Assembly: GCA_039630085.1 (NCBI GenBank) | Contig: JBCNVM010000007.1 | Location: forward strand, 1 to 64,000 | DNA: 64,000 bases | Source of the DNA: Candidatus Caldarchaeales archaeon | GTDB lineage: Archaea > Thermoproteota > Nitrososphaeria_A > Caldarchaeales > Calditenuaceae | Reading direction: 5' to 3' | Shown here: positions 47,908-57,574 of the stretch, piece after piece | Layout of the letters: the number at the start of each line of letters is the position of its first letter | Position numbering within the stretch: position 1 is the first letter of the stretch | Notes under the pieces: model-generated | What the model was told of the DNA's origin: nothing | Databases searched by the model: none | Seen by the model: the letters and a program-made list of their open reading frames with translations, nothing else | Made by a program: the position numbers and the translations under genes

Positions 47908-48513
47908 TCAGCGGTCCCGGGACGCCTGCGGGTCCGAGGAGCCGCCCCCGGTCCCCGCGTCGCCGCCTCCCCTCTCCCGGGAGCCGCGCCCGCCCTCCGA
48001 CCTGACGAACCCGACCAGCAGGTACGCCGCGTTGACCAGCACCAGGACGATGAGGACGATCGGGCCCAGCGGGTAGAAGAGCTCGCCCCTCAGTATCAGC
48101 GAAAGGTATCCTATTCCGGTCCAATAAGGAATCTTGAACCCGGTCCAGCGGCCCACCAGCATCTCCTTGGTCACCGGCATCGGGTCCGGAGAGAGGTTCG
48201 CGTCGCCCTTCGTGACGATCCCGATCCCCTCCCTCGCGATCGCCCTGTGGACGATCAGCCTGCCGTCGTAGGGCCTGCGGTAGACGATGACGTCGCCGTC
48301 GACCGGCGAGGCCTTCACCTCCTCGAACCTCACGCCCTCGATCAGGAGGACATCGCCCTCGTGGAGGACGGGCCTCATGCTGCCCGACGCTACCACCACC
48401 AACGGGTACTGGCTATTGAGGGCCAGGCCGACGGCCGCGAACGCTGCGAACGCCAGCACCACTATCCCCACGAGCAACAGGACCGACTTGACGAGCTCCC
48501 TTACCCTGCTCAT
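47908..48513 (-). CDS. Signal peptidase I, archaeal Sec11/S26B type
   Basis: VVASGSMRPVL..GD, IVHRA, TKGDAN..PD. Confidence 0.92.
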   Translation of the reverse strand: MSRVRELVKSVLLLVGIVVLAFAAFAAVGLALNSQYPLVVVASGSMRPVLHEGDVLLIEGVRFEEVKASPVDGDVIVYRRPYDGRLIVHRAIAREGIGIVTKGDANLSPDPMPVTKEMLVGRWTGFKIPYWTGIGYLSLILRGELFYPLGPIVLIVLVLVNAAYLLVGFVRSEGGRGSRERGGGDAGTGGGSSDPQASRDR

Positions 48514-51395
48514 ATGTTCCGCCTCACCACCCTTCTGGTCCCGGGGCTCCTGCTCGCCGCGACCTGAGGGGCTGAGTTCCGGCGCGACTCGGCCCGCTGC
48601 GCCCCGCCGCGCGGCCTTCCGACCCTGAAGGCCCTGAAGAGGCCGAACGCCGCGACCGCGCCGAGGAGCGGCGAGACGACGTACGGCATGCTGCCCTCGA
48701 GGGCTCTGGGCTGGACGACCGTGAAGACCCTCTCGCGCGGACCGCCCTTCACCTCCAAGCCCGCCTCCTGCTGGCCGAAGGTCGTGTTGAACCTGACCCT
48801 GTACCTGCCCTCCGGGAGCACCACGGAGCCCTCGCCCTCCACCTGGCCGCTCAGGACCGGCCTGCCCCTCCGGCCCGCGGCCTCCGACGCGATGTGGTAG
48901 AACGAGTAGTTGGCCTTCCCCACGCTCCTTCCGTCGAGGCTCAGGAGCTTGAAGCGGACCTCGTGGACCGGCAGGTCGATCGTCCTCCTCGAGGTGGAGC
49001 CGTGGTCGATCGTCTCCGAGTGGACCGGTATGCCGAGGTAGTCCACGCGTATGTCGTACCGGGTCGCGGGGAGGAGGACGGAGATCGAGCCGTCCTCGCC
49101 GGAGGAGCCGGAGAAGAGCTCAGCGTTGTTCTCCTTCGCGACGACGCTGACCGATGCGCCCTTCAGGGGCAGCCTCTCGCCGTCGATCGACCCGAAGGTG
49201 AACTTGAGTTGGAGCGTGAAGACCCGAGCCCTGACCTGGATGACCTCTCCGTCCTCGTCGACCCTGAAGTCGGTCCCCGTGAACACGCCGATGCCTTTGT
49301 AGTAGACCGAGACCCCGACCTTTCCTCCCGGAACCAGGTCCACTTCGGCCGTGCCGTTGCCGCGGAGCTCTCCCTCCGCCCTGAACTCCGCGATCGAGAC
49401 GGTGTAGCTTCCCTCGCCGAGCGGCCTCCCCTCGCCGTCCGAGACCCGCAGGACGACCCTGAAGACACGGGTGCCCGCGACCTCGATCACCGGGTTCTCG
49501 AGCTGGAACGCGAAGGACCTCTCGCCCTCGGAGAGCACCTCGACGCCCCTGTATACCACCCTCACCGAGACGCTCGCGTGCGGCACGTCGAGGAAGGTGG
49601 CCCTGCCTTCGGCGTCGGTGACCCTGCCCTCCCTGTAATCTCCAACCGAGACGTGGACCAGCGCGCCGTCGAGCGGCCTCAGGCCCCTGTTGTCGAGCAC
49701 CCTCACAATCAGGTCCACGACCCTCGCGGATATCCTGAGGCTACCGGACCGGAGCGCCGCCGAGTCGACCCAGCCCTCCGCGACCGTCACGCCCTTGTAG
49801 ATTAACCTGTAATCGTAGTTCAGGTCGACCAGCTTCCCGAACGACGTGCCCGCCTTGGTCACCTCGACCCTCCCGACCTCGCTGCCCCCGAGGAGGAGGA
49901 CCAGCGTCCCGTCGATCGGCCTCCTGGCGGTGGAGTTGGCCGAGACCCTCAGCTCGTAAACGACGGGAGAGAGGGAGATCTGGCCTCCGTGCTGCGGCCT
50001 AATCGGCCCTTCACCGATGACCCGTCCCTGATAGAGGAGCTGGTACCTGTAGCTCACGAGCGGGTGGTTCTCGACGAGCGCGTAGGCCCTCTCGAGCGTC
50101 CACTCCCTAGAGTATGTCCCTCCCTCGACCGAGAGCCTCAGCACCACGGTGTCCCTGAGGAGCTGCGGCAGCTTACCGAAGAGCCCCTCGAGGTTCAGCG
50201 AGACCCCGAAGTTCCCGATGTTGACCGTCACCCTGAGGTCGGTCCTTATGCTGTCGGACCTGAGCGCGCCCCTGTAGACCTCCTGGCCCTCGAAGAGGAC
50301 CCTGAGCTCGTAGTCCCTGTCCGCCCTGACGTACCCGAAGTCGAACCTGCCGTCGCTGGACGTGACTGACTTGTACTCCGTCGCGCCGACCAGCAGCCGA
50401 GCCGTCAGGCCGATGCCCGAGACCTGCCTTCCCAGCAGCGTGTTGGCGATCAGGGAGAACTTCGCGACCGGGAGCGTGATGTCACCCAGGTTCGTGTCGT
50501 CGCCGACGTAGCGGTCGTCCATCCGGAGGACCTCCTCGTTTCCCAATACGAACCGGAGCGAGTAGGTCTGTTCGGGGATCAGCCTGAACACCACGCTGCC
50601 GTCGCTCTCGGAGGTCGCGGTCCTGAGGGGCGCGTTGGCCCCCTTCACGATAAGCTCCACCTTTACACCCGCGACCGGCGAGCCTTCCCTGTCCTTCACC
50701 GCCATCCGGACCCTGAAGAGGGGCAGGCTGACCGTCAGGCTCTCGCTTCCGACTTGAAGGGTGTGGGAGACCTCTTGGGAGTAACGCCGCGTCCCCAGCC
50801 CGGGCCCCGACACATCATAGCGGACGCTCACCGAGTAGACCGTGCCGGCCGGGAGGTTCGGGACCACGACCTCGCCGTTGCTGCCGGTAGCGGCGTTAGA
50901 GACGAGCGTCCGCGGCTCGGTCTCGGTCGAGGTGACGTTGACCCTCGCGTCCTGAACCGGGTCGCCGGACCTGCTCCTGACGACCACCCTCAGGTGGAGG
51001 ACAGGCAACTTGACGTCGATTGACCTTTGCCTGCACCCGTTCTCGTCACACTTCAGGCTCATCTCGTAAAGCTCCTTCCCCTTGAAGAAGACCCTGAGGG
51101 TGTAGTTGTTGTAGAGGGGAGAAGTTCCGTTCTTGAGCCGGAGAGTCACCTTCCCGTCGGAGCCCGTAATCGCCGACCCCCTCACGGTCTCGTTGTTGGC
51201 GACCTTTGTGCCGTTGGAGAAATAGGCGGTGACGTTGGCGTTCTGCAGGGGCTCCATGTAATGGTTCCTGACGGCCACCGTGACGTCGTTGGTAGAGGGG
51301 CCCGCGTAAGCCTCCTCCACGTGAAGCGAGAGGACGAGGGCAAGCGCGAGCAGGGCCGTCAGCAGGAAGGCCGGCGCCCCCGACGATAGCCTCAT
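48510..51395 (-). CDS. Large surface protein with tandem carboxypeptidase-regulatory-like beta-sandwich repeats
   Basis: Signal peptide, repeated D..G.P..GA.V...T..DG...F..LP...Y units, N-x-T/S sequons, C-terminal TM and basic tail. Confidence 0.8.
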   Translation of the reverse strand: MRLSSGAPAFLLTALLALALVLSLHVEEAYAGPSTNDVTVAVRNHYMEPLQNANVTAYFSNGTKVANNETVRGSAITGSDGKVTLRLKNGTSPLYNNYTLRVFFKGKELYEMSLKCDENGCRQRSIDVKLPVLHLRVVVRSRSGDPVQDARVNVTSTETEPRTLVSNAATGSNGEVVVPNLPAGTVYSVSVRYDVSGPGLGTRRYSQEVSHTLQVGSESLTVSLPLFRVRMAVKDREGSPVAGVKVELIVKGANAPLRTATSESDGSVVFRLIPEQTYSLRFVLGNEEVLRMDDRYVGDDTNLGDITLPVAKFSLIANTLLGRQVSGIGLTARLLVGATEYKSVTSSDGRFDFGYVRADRDYELRVLFEGQEVYRGALRSDSIRTDLRVTVNIGNFGVSLNLEGLFGKLPQLLRDTVVLRLSVEGGTYSREWTLERAYALVENHPLVSYRYQLLYQGRVIGEGPIRPQHGGQISLSPVVYELRVSANSTARRPIDGTLVLLLGGSEVGRVEVTKAGTSFGKLVDLNYDYRLIYKGVTVAEGWVDSAALRSGSLRISARVVDLIVRVLDNRGLRPLDGALVHVSVGDYREGRVTDAEGRATFLDVPHASVSVRVVYRGVEVLSEGERSFAFQLENPVIEVAGTRVFRVVLRVSDGEGRPLGEGSYTVSIAEFRAEGELRGNGTAEVDLVPGGKVGVSVYYKGIGVFTGTDFRVDEDGEVIQVRARVFTLQLKFTFGSIDGERLPLKGASVSVVAKENNAELFSGSSGEDGSISVLLPATRYDIRVDYLGIPVHSETIDHGSTSRRTIDLPVHEVRFKLLSLDGRSVGKANYSFYHIASEAAGRRGRPVLSGQVEGEGSVVLPEGRYRVRFNTTFGQQEAGLEVKGGPRERVFTVVQPRALEGSMPYVVSPLLGAVAAFGLFRAFRVGRPRGGAQRAESRRNSAPQVAASRSPGTRRVVRRNI

Positions 51396-51467
51396 GACTG
51401 CTTGAGACCCGCTCGACCAAATTTAAATGAATTTAGCCGTTCAACCGCGCGCATCGTCGGCACGTCG

Positions 51468-51755
51468 TCACCCGCCGGCGATCGCGGGCAAGAGGAAGAT
51501 CTTGTCGTTCTCCTTGACCTCGGTCTCGAGGCCCCTCAGCTCGTTGACGTTCCGGTCGTTCAGGAAGACGTTGACGTACCTCCTGAGGTTGCCGGACTCG
51601 TCGAAGAGCTGCTGCCGTAGCCTCGGGAATCTTTCCACGAGGGCCGCGATCGCGCCCCCGACGGTCTCGGCCTCGACCGTGACCCGGTCCGAGTTCCCGG
51701 CGAATCCCCTCAGCGGAGCGGGGATGTAGACCTCGACCCTCCTCGTCAACCCCAA
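51468..51755 (-). CDS. MoaD/ThiS/SAMP ubiquitin-like protein
   Basis: IPAPLR, YVNVFLN, C-terminal PAIAGG. Confidence 0.92.
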   Translation of the reverse strand: MGLTRRVEVYIPAPLRGFAGNSDRVTVEAETVGGAIAALVERFPRLRQQLFDESGNLRRYVNVFLNDRNVNELRGLETEVKENDKIFLLPAIAGG

Positions 51756-51921
51756 TCACCGCCCGGAAGCCCGGACATTAACGTGATCCGGGGTGCCGCA
51801 CGCCGCGATCGACCACTCGCCGGCGGATCGACCGGTATTACCGAGGACCGGTGGACCGGGCCGCGCGAGGTAACCTTACTAGATCCCGGTTGACAAAAAT
51901 GTCTGACGCGGAGGCGTCGGG

Positions 51922-52482
51922 ATGCTGACGGGTTCCGCCGGAAGTCCGTCGGAAGAAGGGGCTCAGGTCCTTCACAGGAGGCCGAGGATTGACCCGCTCC
52001 TCGCATACCTGTTCAGGCAGAGCGCGCTGACCGAGAGGCAGTTGGAGGTGCTCCTGATCGAGCTCGACCCGGCTACGAAGGGGATGAAGGTCTCCGAGAA
52101 GGCGAGACTGCTCGGCGTCACGAAGGGGACCTACGCCAAGGTGCTCCAGCAGGCGCTCAGGAACCTCTCCCAGAGCGTCTTCACGGTCCTCCTGATGAGC
52201 TACTTGGGGCTCCAAGGAGGGGAAGAGGGGCCCGGCTGGATAGCGGAGGTCGGCGAGCACCTGAGGGCCGGGAGGTTCGACGAGGCGCTGGAGGTCCTCT
52301 CCGACGTCGAGAAGGTCCTAAGGAGGTCGCTGAGGGAGTCCTGCTCCGCGCCTCCTGAAGGAGTCGAGGGCCGCGGCGAGCGCGAAGAGGGCCGCGAGGG
52401 CGATCATCCCCGCGTGGGAGAGCCTGAAGGGGAGGTCCCAGCCCGGGTTCAGGACCGCGTCGGACATCCTGTAGGCGACTAG
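51922..52482 (+). CDS. Hypothetical protein with HTH-like segment
   Basis: SALTERQLEVL...KARLLGVTKGTYAKVLQQA; host-like codon usage; 3' end overlaps the opposite gene. Confidence 0.7.
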   Translation: MLTGSAGSPSEEGAQVLHRRPRIDPLLAYLFRQSALTERQLEVLLIELDPATKGMKVSEKARLLGVTKGTYAKVLQQALRNLSQSVFTVLLMSYLGLQGGEEGPGWIAEVGEHLRAGRFDEALEVLSDVEKVLRRSLRESCSAPPEGVEGRGEREEGREGDHPRVGEPEGEVPARVQDRVGHPVGD

Positions 52483-52749
52483 TCCGGCGAGCGAGAGGGA
52501 GAATATCGCACCGACAAGCGAGATTCTAGTCAGTAGAACAATCGCCGCCAAGAACCCCGAGAGGAGGAGGAAGCTCGAGGTCGCGAGCCACAGCTGTCCG
52601 TCAAAGCCCGTTCTAATCCCCTGTATCGCATAAGGGACGACGTTCGCAAGCCATAGAATCGCAGTTAGTTTTGAGACGCGGGAGTTCAGCAACGGGCACC
52701 TCACGGCTAAAGTGGCCAGGGCTTGACGTGATAAACGTGATTCGTTCAT
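52318..52749 (-). CDS. Hypothetical membrane protein
   Basis: About four hydrophobic helices; locally lower GC. Confidence 0.55.
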   Translation of the reverse strand: MNESRLSRQALATLAVRCPLLNSRVSKLTAILWLANVVPYAIQGIRTGFDGQLWLATSSFLLLSGFLAAIVLLTRISLVGAIFSLSLAGLVAYRMSDAVLNPGWDLPFRLSHAGMIALAALFALAAALDSFRRRGAGLPQRPP

Positions 52750-52866
52750 CAGGGCCAAACCGCCGACGGTCCGATCGCTCGTAATCCCTCGGAGATCCGC
52801 GGGTATGACCTTCCGTTCTTCTGGAACATCGACGTATTTCTAGCTGGTGGGCCCGGTGACCGCAGG

Positions 52867-53250
52867 ATGCCGAAGAGGAGACTGAGGCTCGAGATGGTCG
52901 ACGAGGACGGCGACCGGATCACGCTGATCATCGAGGGGAACCTGACCAGGGAGAAGGTACTCCAGGTCGCGGACCTGATCGAGCTCTACGGAGGGCATCA
53001 GGAGCGGACGGGTCCCCTCGAGAACAAGCTGGTAAGGCTGGCGAGGGCGGTGGAGAGGAGGCTGGCCTTGGGCCCCTTCACGTCGAGGGACGCGGTTGAG
53101 GCCTACAGGGAGGAGTACGGCGAGGAGATCACGCTCAGCACCGCCTCCACCTACTTGGCCCGCCTGACCGAGAGGGGCTTCCTCGAGAGGGAGCCGAGCC
53201 CCGGCGGCGCGGTGAGGTACAGGCTCGCGAGGCAGCAGGTCGAGGACTGA
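52867..53250 (+). CDS. Hypothetical protein with C-terminal winged HTH
   Basis: FTSRDAVEAYREEYGEEITLSTASTYLARLTERGFLER...VRYRL. Confidence 0.78.
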   Translation: MPKRRLRLEMVDEDGDRITLIIEGNLTREKVLQVADLIELYGGHQERTGPLENKLVRLARAVERRLALGPFTSRDAVEAYREEYGEEITLSTASTYLARLTERGFLEREPSPGGAVRYRLARQQVED

Positions 53251-53500
53251 GCATTCCGGAACCGAAGCCCCTCAAGCCGAGTCTCTCTTAACGGTGGAGA
53301 CCAACAGGGCTTCAGGACCGTTCTCCGCCCGCGGACCGCTCCTCGTCGACCTCGATGGATCAGCCCGTTGTTCCGAGGGACCTTTGCGCGTCCAGCTTGG
53401 AGCCGAAGCCTGACCGTCGGGGGCATCGGACCGGACTCGCGGGTCGCGGTTGTGCGAGATGCCGACGGGGCACGGGTCAGCCCGCTGGCCCACGTTACCT

Positions 53501-53506
53501 TTTATA
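53501..53506 (+). promoter_or_regulatory. TATA box of tRNA-Pro
   Basis: TTTATA about 25-30 bp upstream of the tRNA. Confidence 0.7.
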
Positions 53507-53530
53507 GAGCGCGAGGAAGCCGTAGGAAGA

Positions 53531-53605
53531 GGGGCCGTAGTCTAGCATGGAGTGGACGCCCGGCTCGGGCCCGGGAGGTCGCCGGTTCAAATCCGGCCGG
53601 CCCCA
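53531..53605 (+). tRNA. tRNA-Pro(CGG), CCA not encoded
   Basis: Acceptor GGGGCCG/CGGCCCC-A, anticodon arm CCCGG-CTCGGGC-CCGGG, T arm GCCGG-TTCAAAT-CCGGC. Confidence 0.96.
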
Positions 53606-53656
53606 CGCGGCTGGGCGGTTTCCAAGCTTTTTACTCGGGAGGAGGTCGGACGGTCG

Positions 53657-54901
53657 GTGGACGCGGAGCACCTGAAGGGGATCAGGGGGACTTGGGGCGA
53701 CTGGCTCTCGGGGAAGAGGGTGGCCCTCGCGGTGACCGCGAGCGTCTCGGCCTACAGGTCCCCTGACGTCGCGAGGCTGCTGATGAGGCACGGCGCCGAG
53801 GTCGTCCCGGTGATGACTAGGGAGGCCGCGTCGATGCTGAGCCCCGAGGTGATGAGGTGGGCGACGGGGAACGACCCGATCGTCGAGCCCACGGGCCGGA
53901 TCGAGTACGTCGAGCTGACCGAGGGGAGCGGGAGGGTGGACGCGGTCGTGGTGGCCCCCGCGACGCAGAACGTGTTGGCGAAGCTCTGCGCGGGGATCTC
54001 GGACGACGCGGTGACGCTTCTGCTCTCGTGCGCCCTCGGGAACGGGATACCGGTCGTCGCGGCGCCGGCGATGCACGAGTCGATGTTCAGGTCGCCCGTC
54101 GTGAGGGAGCTGACGGAGAGGCTGAGGTCGCTGGGCGTGACCGTCGTGGGGCCTAGGGCAGAGGAGGGGAAGGCGAAGCTGGCGGAGCCCGAGGACGTCC
54201 TCGACGCGACGATATACGCGACGTCTCCGAAGCCCCTGAGGGGGACCAAGTACGTCGTGACCGCGGGCCCTACTAGGGAGCACATAGACTCGGTCAGGTT
54301 CATCACCAACGCCTCGAGCGGGAAGATGGGCGTCGAGGTGGCGAGGGCGCTGAGGAGGCTCGGGGCCGACGTGACGCTGGTCCACGGTCCGATGCAGGCG
54401 AGGCCGCCCTTCGACGTCGGGACGGTCCGGGTCACCTCCGCGAGGGAGATGCTCGACGCCTGCCTGAGGGAGGCCGGGGGCGCGAGGGGGCTCTTCGCGG
54501 CGGCCGCGGTCTCCGACTACGAACCTGTCGGGCGCTTCGGCGGCAAGGTCGACAGCAGGGCTCGCGGAGAGCTGGAGCTCAGGCTGAGGGCCACGCCGAA
54601 GGTCGTCGCGGAGGTGAGGAGGGCCTACCCGGAGATCGACCTAGTGGTCTTCAGGGCGGTCCACGGGATGACCGGCGAACCCAAGGAGCTGGCCTCGCCC
54701 TACGCGGAGCTGAGCCCGGTGATGGTGGCGATCAACGACGTCTCGAGGGAGGACATCGGGTTCGGGAGGGATCTGAACGAGCTGGTCGTGGTCGCGAGGA
54801 GCGGCCTCATCGAGAGGATAGGTCCCGCGAGGAAGTCGAGCGTCGCGAGGGCCCTAGTCGGGCTCTACCTGAGGGAGGTGGGGATAGGTGAAGCTGGGTG
54901 A
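53657..54901 (+). CDS. coaBC: Phosphopantothenoylcysteine decarboxylase/ligase CoaBC
   Basis: AVTASVSAY, APATQN, APAMHESM, VTAGPTREHIDSVRFITNASSGKMG, AAAVSDY. Confidence 0.95.
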   Translation: MDAEHLKGIRGTWGDWLSGKRVALAVTASVSAYRSPDVARLLMRHGAEVVPVMTREAASMLSPEVMRWATGNDPIVEPTGRIEYVELTEGSGRVDAVVVAPATQNVLAKLCAGISDDAVTLLLSCALGNGIPVVAAPAMHESMFRSPVVRELTERLRSLGVTVVGPRAEEGKAKLAEPEDVLDATIYATSPKPLRGTKYVVTAGPTREHIDSVRFITNASSGKMGVEVARALRRLGADVTLVHGPMQARPPFDVGTVRVTSAREMLDACLREAGGARGLFAAAAVSDYEPVGRFGGKVDSRARGELELRLRATPKVVAEVRRAYPEIDLVVFRAVHGMTGEPKELASPYAELSPVMVAINDVSREDIGFGRDLNELVVVARSGLIERIGPARKSSVARALVGLYLREVGIGEAG

Positions 54902-56228
54902 GGCGCTGAGGGCCGCGGTCTCGAGGTTCGTCGGGAGGCCGCTGGCCGACAGGGAGGCGGTCGAGGAGCTCGTGAGGGGGATACAGAGGGCGCTCCTGAT
55001 GGCCGACGTGAGGGTCGAGCTGGTCAAGGAGCTCTCCGACAGGATCAGGGAGAGGTCCGAGAGGGAGAGGCCCCCGCCAGGGATATCGAGGAAGGACGTC
55101 GTCCTCAAGGTGGTCTACGAGGAGCTCGTGAACCTGCTGGGCGGGAAGTCCTCCGGGTGGAAGAGGCCGCAGGAGAGGCCGCACGTCGCGATGGTCGTGG
55201 GCATACAGGGGAGCGGGAAGACGACGACCGTCGCGAAGGTCGCCAACTACCTGAGGAGCAACGGCGTCAGGGTCGGAGTGGTAGGCGCGGACACCTACAG
55301 GCCCGCGGCGCTGGAGCAGCTCAGGCAGCTCCTCTCCCCCAAGGGCATACCGGTCTACGGCGAGGAGGACGGGAGGGACGCGGTCGGGATCGCGGTGAGG
55401 GGCGTCGAGAGGCTGAAGGGGACGGGCTGCGAGTTCATCCTGATCGACACGGCCGGGAGGCACAGGGACCAGGAGTCGCTGATGAGGGAGATGGAGGAGA
55501 TGGCGAGGGCCGTCAGGCCGAACTCGGTCGCGCTGGTCATCGATGGCACGATAGGCCAGGCAGCCGGGCCGCAGGCAGAGGCCTTCCACAGGGCGACCCC
55601 GATCGGCTGGATCGTCGTGACGAAGCTCGACACCTCCGCGAGGGGAGGAGGAGCGCTCTCCGCGGTCGCGGCGACCGGCGCCCCGATCAGGTTCATCGGG
55701 ACAGGCGAGAGGATCGAGGACATCGAGCCCTTCGACCCGGAGTCCTTCGTCGCGAGGCTCCTCGGGATGCCGGACCTCAAGTCGGTCGTCGAGAGGGTGA
55801 GGATGGCCGAGCTCTCGGTGAGCGAGGAGGAGGCGAAGAGGATCCTGAGGGGGACGTTCACCCTCGAGGACATGATCAGGCAGCTGAGGGAGGTGAGAAA
55901 GGCCGGCCCGCTGGGCAAGTTCCTCTCCTCGCTTCCGATACCGGGCCTCCCGAAGGTCCCCGAGGAGGAGCTCGCGAAGCTCGAGGAGCAGGTGAGGAAG
56001 TTCGAGGCGATCTACAACTCCATGACCCCCGAGGAGAGGAGGGATCCGACGGTCATCGACTCCTCCAGGGCGAGGAGGATCGCGAGGGGCGCAGGCGTGA
56101 GGGAGGGGGACGTGAAGAGGCTCGTGAAGCAGTACCTCGAGGCCAGGAGGCTGATGAGGGCCGCGAAGAGGACGAGGCTCCCGGCAGGGGTCGCGGAGGC
56201 CCTCAGGAGGGCCGGTGGCGGGGCTTGA
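54888..56228 (+). CDS. srp54: Signal recognition particle protein Srp54
   Basis: GIQGSGKTTT, DTYRPAA, DTAGR, TKLD, M-domain YNSMTPEER, SRARRIARGAG. Confidence 0.97.
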   Translation: MKLGEALRAAVSRFVGRPLADREAVEELVRGIQRALLMADVRVELVKELSDRIRERSERERPPPGISRKDVVLKVVYEELVNLLGGKSSGWKRPQERPHVAMVVGIQGSGKTTTVAKVANYLRSNGVRVGVVGADTYRPAALEQLRQLLSPKGIPVYGEEDGRDAVGIAVRGVERLKGTGCEFILIDTAGRHRDQESLMREMEEMARAVRPNSVALVIDGTIGQAAGPQAEAFHRATPIGWIVVTKLDTSARGGGALSAVAATGAPIRFIGTGERIEDIEPFDPESFVARLLGMPDLKSVVERVRMAELSVSEEEAKRILRGTFTLEDMIRQLREVRKAGPLGKFLSSLPIPGLPKVPEEELAKLEEQVRKFEAIYNSMTPEERRDPTVIDSSRARRIARGAGVREGDVKRLVKQYLEARRLMRAAKRTRLPAGVAEALRRAGGGA

Positions 56229-57547
56229 GGCTCGAGGCCGCCGAGAGGGTCCTGAGGAGGTTCCCGCTCTGCGACTGGTGTCTCGGGAGGCTCTTCGCCC
56301 TGAGCTCGCCCGGGAGGGAGAGGTCAGAGCTCGGGAGGGAGCTGAAGGACGCGCTATTCGGGGAGGCGGCGAGGCGCGGCGACGTGAGCCTGCTGGAGGC
56401 CCTCGCGAGGAGCGGGCACGAGGGGGCGGCCGCGGAGCTCGGGCTGAGGGGGCTGAGGGCGGAGAGGCGGAGGTGCGCGCTCTGCGGCGACAGGGTGAGG
56501 GAGGAGGTCCTGAATGCCCTGGCCGGAAGGGCCGCGGAGCTGGCGTCGGGCTACGAGTACGGGACGTTCCTCGTCGGTACCTACGTTCCTCCCCACGTCA
56601 GGAGAATCGAGGAGCACCTGATCGCGGAGTTCGGGCTGAACGAGGCCGAGTCGCTGAGGAGGGACGTGACGAGGAGGCTGAGGAGGGCCCTCGCGGACCT
56701 GACGGGGAAGAGGCCGGTCTTCGCGAACCCTGAGCTCTCTGTGCTCGTGGACCCGTTCACAGGGACCGTCGACGTCAGGCCGATGCCGGTCTTCGTGAGG
56801 GGAAGGTACCTGAAGAGGTCGAGGACCACGCCTCAGGCTCCTTGGCTCTGCGACTCTTGCTGGGGAGAGGGGTGCGAGAGGTGCGAGAACACGGGGAGGA
56901 GGCGCGGGACCGAGACCTCGGTCGCCGAGTACGTCGGGCTGCCCGCCCTGGAGGTGTGGGGAGCTGTGGACTACAAGTTCCACGCGGCCGGGAGGGAGGA
57001 CGTCGACGCAACGGTGGAGGGCACGGGAAGGCCCTTCGTGCTCGAGCTGATCGAGCCCCGGAGGAGGAACGGAGACCTCCAGCTCTTCGCGGAGAGGGTC
57101 AGGGCCTTCTCGGAGGGCAGGGTTGAGGTGATGGACCTCGGGTACGCCTCTAGGGCCGACGTCAGGTTCCTCAAGACCGAGGTGGAGAGGAAGGTGAAGT
57201 CCTACAGGGCCAGGGTGACCTTCCGGGAGCCCGTCCCGCCCGAGGCCGTCGAGCGGGCCTGCGCGGCGCTGAGGGACTCGGTGATCAGCCAGAGGACCCC
57301 GACGAGGGTCCTGAGGCGGAAGGGCGACAGGGTCAGGAACAAGAGGGTCTACGACGCGAGCGCCGTGATGGTCGACGAGCGGACCTACGAGTTCACGTTC
57401 GTCGTCGACGGAGGGACCTACGTCAAGGAGCTGATCCACGGGGACGGAGGGAGGACAACCCCCTCGGTCTTCGAGCTGGTTGGCGTGGAGCCAGCTTCGA
57501 TCGAGCTCGCGGTCACCGGCGTCCAGCACCCGGTGAGGAGGGAGTAG
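56225..57547 (+). CDS. pus10: tRNA pseudouridine(54/55) synthase Pus10
   Basis: LCDWCLGR, GRYLK, FHAAGREDVD, GRPFVLE, QRTPTRV, GGTYVKELIHGDGGRT. Confidence 0.93.
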   Translation: MRLEAAERVLRRFPLCDWCLGRLFALSSPGRERSELGRELKDALFGEAARRGDVSLLEALARSGHEGAAAELGLRGLRAERRRCALCGDRVREEVLNALAGRAAELASGYEYGTFLVGTYVPPHVRRIEEHLIAEFGLNEAESLRRDVTRRLRRALADLTGKRPVFANPELSVLVDPFTGTVDVRPMPVFVRGRYLKRSRTTPQAPWLCDSCWGEGCERCENTGRRRGTETSVAEYVGLPALEVWGAVDYKFHAAGREDVDATVEGTGRPFVLELIEPRRRNGDLQLFAERVRAFSEGRVEVMDLGYASRADVRFLKTEVERKVKSYRARVTFREPVPPEAVERACAALRDSVISQRTPTRVLRRKGDRVRNKRVYDASAVMVDERTYEFTFVVDGGTYVKELIHGDGGRTTPSVFELVGVEPASIELAVTGVQHPVRRE

Positions 57548-57574
57548 ACGGTCTGGCCGGCGGCCTCCGCGGGT

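Noticed and set aside
51468-51755. Eukaryote-like ubiquitin system
   Set aside because: The sequence is MoaD/SAMP-type and there are no E1/E2/RING/JAB genes nearby
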